In this document: one piece after another, positions 59,029 to 64,000 of the stretch
Layout of the letters: each line of letters opens with the position of its first letter
How positions within the stretch are numbered: position 1 is the stretch's first letter
Origin: Phyllobates terribilis
Taxonomy: Eukaryota
DNA length: 64,000 nt
Assembly: GCF_046119375.1 (NCBI RefSeq)
Contig: NW_027366436.1
Location: 1 to 64,000 of the forward strand
Direction of reading: 5' to 3'
Notes under the pieces: model-generated
Seen by the model: the letters and a program-made list of their open reading frames with translations, nothing else
The model's database searches: none
What the model was told of the DNA's origin: nothing
Made by a program: the position numbers and the translations under genes

Positions 59029-60861
59029 CTAAAACGTGAGATCTTTCGGGTCTTCAATAATCTTCGAAAGCGTTTGCAGGAAGGCAGCTAAATCAGCACC
59101 GTATATAACACGATGATCAGCTGTAACATTTACCTGCATTAAAAAAAAATGATTTTTTTCACTTTAATACAAAAAATATGATTCCAATATCAGTTTAAAA
59201 TAGGACATAGTTTTTCAAATGTTTTACCTGCATTTGATGCTTCATGCCAATGCGACCGTCTTTGGTTGCAACAACAGCGGGTTCAGAAGCTCCTACAGCC
59301 ATGCTTGCACCCTGTTAAACATCCATTCAAGCAAAATGATTTAGGTACTAATCGCAGTGATTACAGTTTGTTAATCAAAATCAGCAGAAGTACTTACAGT
59401 TCCTGGTGGAAGAATTGTATCAAAACGGTCTACATCATACTCTCCTAGGTCTGTTATGCTGAAAGTACCTGCAAGAATCAGACTGCAAATTATGAAGGAA
59501 AATGGCCATTTGATTCTTCTAAGTTCTAACAATTTTACCTGTATTACACTCGTTTGGTTGTAATTGGTTTGCATGAGCCTTCTCAACCAACTCATTCCAC
59601 TTCCTTGACAATGTATAAATATCAACCTGGAAACATAGAGCAAATCCAAATCTCATCCAGTAATAACCATAGCTTCAATTGAAAACCAGACGAAACCAGA
59701 CCTTATCAGCATCATTGAGCACGGGCGTCAGCAAGCCATCATCTGTAGCTACTGCAACTGCAATGTTGATTTTGCTATTGTAGGTGAAGCTCTTCCCATC
59801 TCTGCAGCTCGAGTTAACAACTGGATGTTGTGTAAGAGCCAATGCTGTGGCCTTAACTATGAGGGCAGTCATATTCACTCCCTTGGACTTGATCTGAACA
59901 ATTCCCAAATCCAAATCCAGATCCACCATCGTTAATAGATTGCAATGTCAGAGCAATAAACCAGAGATTTCAAAAGCTTGTGTCTTTACCTTTTTGTACA
60001 GAGCATTTAGGGCGTCAGTGGTGATTGTATAGCCAACTCTGAATGCCGGAACAGTGAGGCTCTCCACCATACTCGAGCTCACGGAATCCTGTAGAGAAGT
60101 GAAGGGCACCGTCGTTCCTAGCTGCACGGTAGCCGTGGGCGCCGGAGCACCGTTTGATAAAATCGGCTCCGGAACCCTAGAAGCTGCCGCCTCCACGTCC
60201 TTAGCCACGATTCTCCCGTTCGGCCCCGTTCCGACAACAGTCCTCAAATCCACCCCCAATTCCTTGCCCAGCTTCTTCGCGTACGGCGAAGCTACCACTC
60301 TCTTTCCACCCTCCGACGCCGGATGCGACGAAATCGCAGCCGCCACTGCCGCCGCCAGTACTGGCTGGGGAGAGAGAGGAGCAGGAGTAGGAGCCTCCTC
60401 AATTTTAGGCGTCTCCGTCTCAACCGCGGCGGAGGCGGGAGCAGGAGCGGAATTGCTGGTAGAGGAAGCGGCTAGGGTGATAGCGTCGGCAATCTCAGCC
60501 TCGGACTCGGCGAGGTAAGCAATGGCGGAGCCGACAGGGGCAACGGAACCCTCGTCGACGAGGATCTTGGCGAGGAATCCATCGTAGAAGGTCTCGACGT
60601 CCATATCAGCCTTGTCGGACTCGACGACGACGACGGGGTCTCCCTTGGAGAGCTTCTCGCCTCGGATTTGATCCAGGAAACAATCTTTCCCTCCGTCATG
60701 GTGGAGCTCAACGCCGGCATGAAGATCTCCCGAAGTTTGGCCCTGATTCGAGGATCGACCCTGGTCCGGGTCCGGGTGGTGGTGAGATGGAGCGCGGGGC
60801 GGCGGAGGTTTTGGGAGGAGGAGGAGATCATGGAGGTATTGAGGCTGAGAAGGTTCGCCAT
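59029..60861 (-). CDS. EMB3003: Plastid pyruvate dehydrogenase E2 (dihydrolipoamide acetyltransferase), EMB3003-like, ~470 aa corrected; exons 60861-59990, 59893-59702, 59626-59539, 59468-59398, 59311-59228, 59133-59029; one 1-bp deletion at 60660-60661
   Basis: Transit peptide, IFMPALSSTMTEGKIVSW, VVVESDKADMDVE (lipoyl Lys), HPASEGGKRVVASPYAKKL, GPNGRIVAKDVE and TADHRVIYGAD. All introns GT-AG. Confidence 0.93.
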
Positions 60862-61756
60862 TGATGAATTGCTGGATGCAGAGAGTAGTGTTTATGTTAG
60901 CTTAGTGCAGATTAAGCAGAGGGAGAGAAGTGAAGAAGGAGAAGGAGGCTTCCCTCGAAATCATCGAACATACAAAGGGCGGAATGTTTAAGGGTGGATG
61001 ATGGATTTCAACCACCTTACCGGTTACATTTTGCAAGCTAAAATTATCAACTTAAGTGCTTCTTTTGCTTACACATACAAAAAGAAATACAATCGTTATG
61101 TATTTATTTTTCAAATTATGATGAATAATTATATTGAGTAAGTATTAATGAGTATAATGTTTAGAGTGAACAGGTGAGTATATTTTTTGATGTCTTAGTC
61201 GTTGATATACATTCATATGACGGTTCATATCCTTTCCGTCTATGGTGCAGAATGGTTCAAATTGGTTCAGAACAAGTTGTGAATCGACTGCGTCATGGGG
61301 TACAGGTCGGTTTGACGGTGCCGATCGATGGAGAGATGACAAGATGGACTTGTCTATGGTCATAGCTCCACCAGATTTACACAACCACACTTCAATCGAG
61401 ATTGGAACCATGTTTTTAATGCCTTCTCTCTTCCCGACTTTTATATTTCTCATGTAAAAAGTTGATGAATTAGATTAGTATTTATGAACTTAAAATTTGC
61501 ATTTCTAAAGTGAAATTGCTGATTTTGGCTATATTTTTGTTGCCAATGAGATCACAATGTGCTTTATTTAGTTATAGATTACTTAGTTGCTCAAATATAA
61601 GACAAGTTCTTTTTCTTGGGTGATTTTGTTGTAGCAAGTTGGCTTCCTGATTTTTTCATTTGATTGTTGATTTGAACCTTGTGTAATCCATACCTGAAGT
61701 GCTAAAGCATCCATACATGAAGTGATAAATACAAGCACAAAAACTCAACCGTTGTC

Positions 61757-61796
61757 GCAACATTGTAAGTTCATCATGATGAACTTACAATGTTGC
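61757..61796. repeat. Perfect 40-bp palindrome with no spacer, plus two further half copies
   Basis: GCAACATTGTAAGTTCATCA|TGATGAACTTACAATGTTGC; the half-site recurs at ~61807 and ~61893. Confidence 0.95.
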
Positions 61797-61978
61797 AATT
61801 AGAATTGATGAACTTACAATATTGTTAAAAACGATGTGTTTATATTTAATTTATGTAAGATTGTGTCTTAAGGTGCTTATTCTTACCTGGATTGATGAAC
61901 TTATAATATTGCAATTAGGATTTGGTTGATTTTTTTCATTTTTGGCACTATAGTCTATAAGTTTGCTATGAGGATAAT

Positions 61979-62040
61979 CAAGGGCGGATCTATGTGAGGG
62001 CGATGCGGGGTTGTAGCCCCCACTGAGAAAAATGTTCTAC
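61979..62040 (+). mobile_element. Possible hAT-MITE left end
   Basis: CAAGGGCGGATC...GGGTTGTAGCCCCC resembles common MITE termini. No matching right end found. Confidence 0.35.
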
Positions 62041-62549
62041 TTTTTTAGTCTATGTATTTTTTACTAAAAAGAGACTTCTAAACTTTTTTCCAAGTGATAA
62101 AATTGATAAATTTGTTCATTTTTCTTATTGTATGTTTCTGCAAAAATGAATAGTTTTACAAATGTATGATCTACCTAGTAATATGATAGGTATTTTTAAT
62201 ATAAATAACTAAAAAGAAAAATCCCTACTACGCCACGAGTAACTTTTTTAAGAATATATTATTTTAATAAATTTTATTCAATAATTTAATAAATTTAAGA
62301 TGAACGATGATTTTCTTGTTTTGTCTGCCCGCAAATAAATAAAAAATTCTAGTGATTTTTTGTCTAACTAGTACTATTTTAGGTATTCTCAATGAAGAAA
62401 GACCCCTAATTTTTTTCCAGACGATATAATTGATGAATTTGTTCAATTTTAATTGTGTTTATCATCGAAAATAAAAATAATTTGTACTAATTTATGGTCT
62501 ACCTAATAATATATTTTCTATTTTCACTAATATAATACCTAAATTTTTT

Positions 62550-63468
62550 TTGACAGCTACGGAGGGAATTCATTTTTACCGCAAATAATTTTAGCCCCCA
62601 GTTGACTCAAATCCGGGATCTGTCACTGATGATGATACCTTACTTTTCACTAGTAAACCTCACAGATAGGTTCCTAGCTAAGCAATCAGTGGTGAGGAAG
62701 AAGGTTCAATTGGTTGGAATATTAATCATGCTTTGGGCTTGCAATTATGAGAAGGTTTATTTTCTGAGTTTGATGGTTATTGTCTTCAAGATGTTTGCTT
62801 TTATAGGCAAACTTCATTATCAAATTCCTTAATAATATTCTTGTGAAGTCATAGTTTTCATTCATTGTTATGATGAGCTTGGGTATCACTATTAGGTAAA
62901 CAATAACACATGAGTCATAAGTTTCATTTTCTGAATATGGAATGTAAAATTTCCAAGGTCCATGAATCTTGTGTAGAGATTTCATGATTTTCTTTTGTTG
63001 AGAATAAGGTTATGATTTAGATTTTGTAGCAGATCACAATGAGGATGACAAAGATAGTGGAAAAGAAGATAATCCATTGGCAAAGACCATTGAACAAGCT
63101 AAATTAGTAGAAGAAGATTTCATAAAAGTTGAGAAACAAACCACACGTACAGAAACAGAATATGGCTTAGTAAAGGACTATGGGATCTTAGAGGTGGAAC
63201 TTTGTGAAACTTTTCCTTTCAATTCAATTCTTGATTTTCACATTTAGAGAACGATTATGTATGTATTATCTTCTTGCAGTGTTCAAGTGTTATTGAGAAT
63301 ACAATAACGACAACATCAACAAGAGGCAAACCAGACGCATTATCATCTCCCTTTATTCCATCAACACCAAAGGGGAAAATACTTTCTTCATATATGCCAT
63401 CAATGGATGCAGATGTTGAGAAAACGAGGGCTTTGATGTACCGACAAGACTTGAATATGGGTGTTTTA
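62550..63468 (+). pseudogene. Possible exon remnants of an unidentified gene, interrupted by the Copia insertion
   Basis: AG-preceded open segments at ~63031 (DHNEDDKDSGKEDNPLAKTIEQ...) and ~63280 (CSSVIENT...DLNMGVL) between AT-rich intron-like DNA. No recognisable domain. Confidence 0.3.
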
Positions 63469-64000
63469 TGTAGGAACGGACAAGATAAACTATATATGAC
63501 AAAGCTTATATTTATTGCTCTTACGCGGGATTTGGTTGATGGCTTACAAAAAAGGCTTAACCCCTATTTATAGCTAAGGAAAGTCGGTTTACTTGTTCAT
63601 TGTAGGATAATTCTAGACTAATCACTATTTCTTCATTTCTCCTAATTACAAGAGTGTTCTAGCTACTGCACTTGATACAAAAACAACTCTAGAAACTCCT
63701 AGGGTCTTCTTATGCTTGTTTGGATGTGGGCCAAAGATTATAATCAAAATCCCAAACCCAATTCAATGTCGGTAATGATTTTTGTCATCCTCCCTCATTA
63801 CCGACTCTTTGGTCTACACTCCAAGCATAGACCTGAATTTCCCGAACTTTGATACTGCCAAAGCTTTGGTGAATATATCTGTTACCTGATCACTTGTAGC
63901 TACCGACACGAGTTCTACTTCACCACTTAGAACTTTCTCCCGTATGTAGTGGTGGTGAACTTCAGTGCTTTTCCCTTGCATGGAACACCGGATTCGTCAC
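63469..64000 (-). mobile_element. Ty1/copia element 3' end (RNase H tail, PPT, 3' LTR 63787-63469)
   Basis: Minus strand NPVFHA..KH.EVHHHYIREKV...DIFTKAL, then PPT GAGGGAGGA and a TG...CA LTR of 319 bp containing CTATAAATAGGG. Confidence 0.9.

Noticed and set aside
59029-60861. E2 as organellar or bacterial DNA insertion
   Set aside because: It has spliceosomal introns and an N-terminal transit peptide, so it is an ordinary nuclear gene.
60054-60991. Plus-strand ORFs 60054-60518 and 60668-60991
   Set aside because: They are antisense shadows of E2 exon 1.
63274-63573. 99-aa ORF as an intact gene
   Set aside because: Its last third reads through the minus-strand Copia LTR from 63469, so it is chimeric.

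Overview
Eukaryotic nuclear DNA from a flowering plant (dicot-like), TE-rich, with at least four host genes. These are a CPK4/CPK11-type calcium-dependent protein kinase (23421-25447,+, 7 exons), a DUF616/EMB2756-like glycosyltransferase-family gene (27049-31878,+, 7 exons), a single-exon 138-aa plant-specific gene (32550-32966,-) and a plastid pyruvate dehydrogenase E2 of the EMB3003 type (59029-60861,-, 6 exons). Bases 1-18050 are a nested stack: an old RNaseH-bearing LINE hosts a SIRE/Copia element (itself hit by a full-length L1) and an Athila solo LTR (itself hit by a non-autonomous CRM-type element). Bases 18.8-23.2 kb are a ~0.5-kb tandem duplication invaded by MITEs, a truncated LINE, a TRIM, a solo LTR and a Cassandra element with 5S-like LTRs. 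Bases 33.6-39.1 kb hold a LINE relic, two hAT MITEs and a mariner::Harbinger junction. Bases 39.1-57.8 kb are a Tat/Retand element with a spliced antisense extra gene, interrupted by an Athila element, a second inverted Athila LTR and a deletion into a Harbinger. A Copia 3' end closes the window. The most notable leads are the E2 with clustered substitutions in its catalytic domain, the spliced antisense gene in the Tat element, motif arrays shared between LTRs and internal regions, the CRM derivative that keeps its targeting motif, and six homopolymer frameshifts in two otherwise intact genes. Everything was read by eye; no searches were run.
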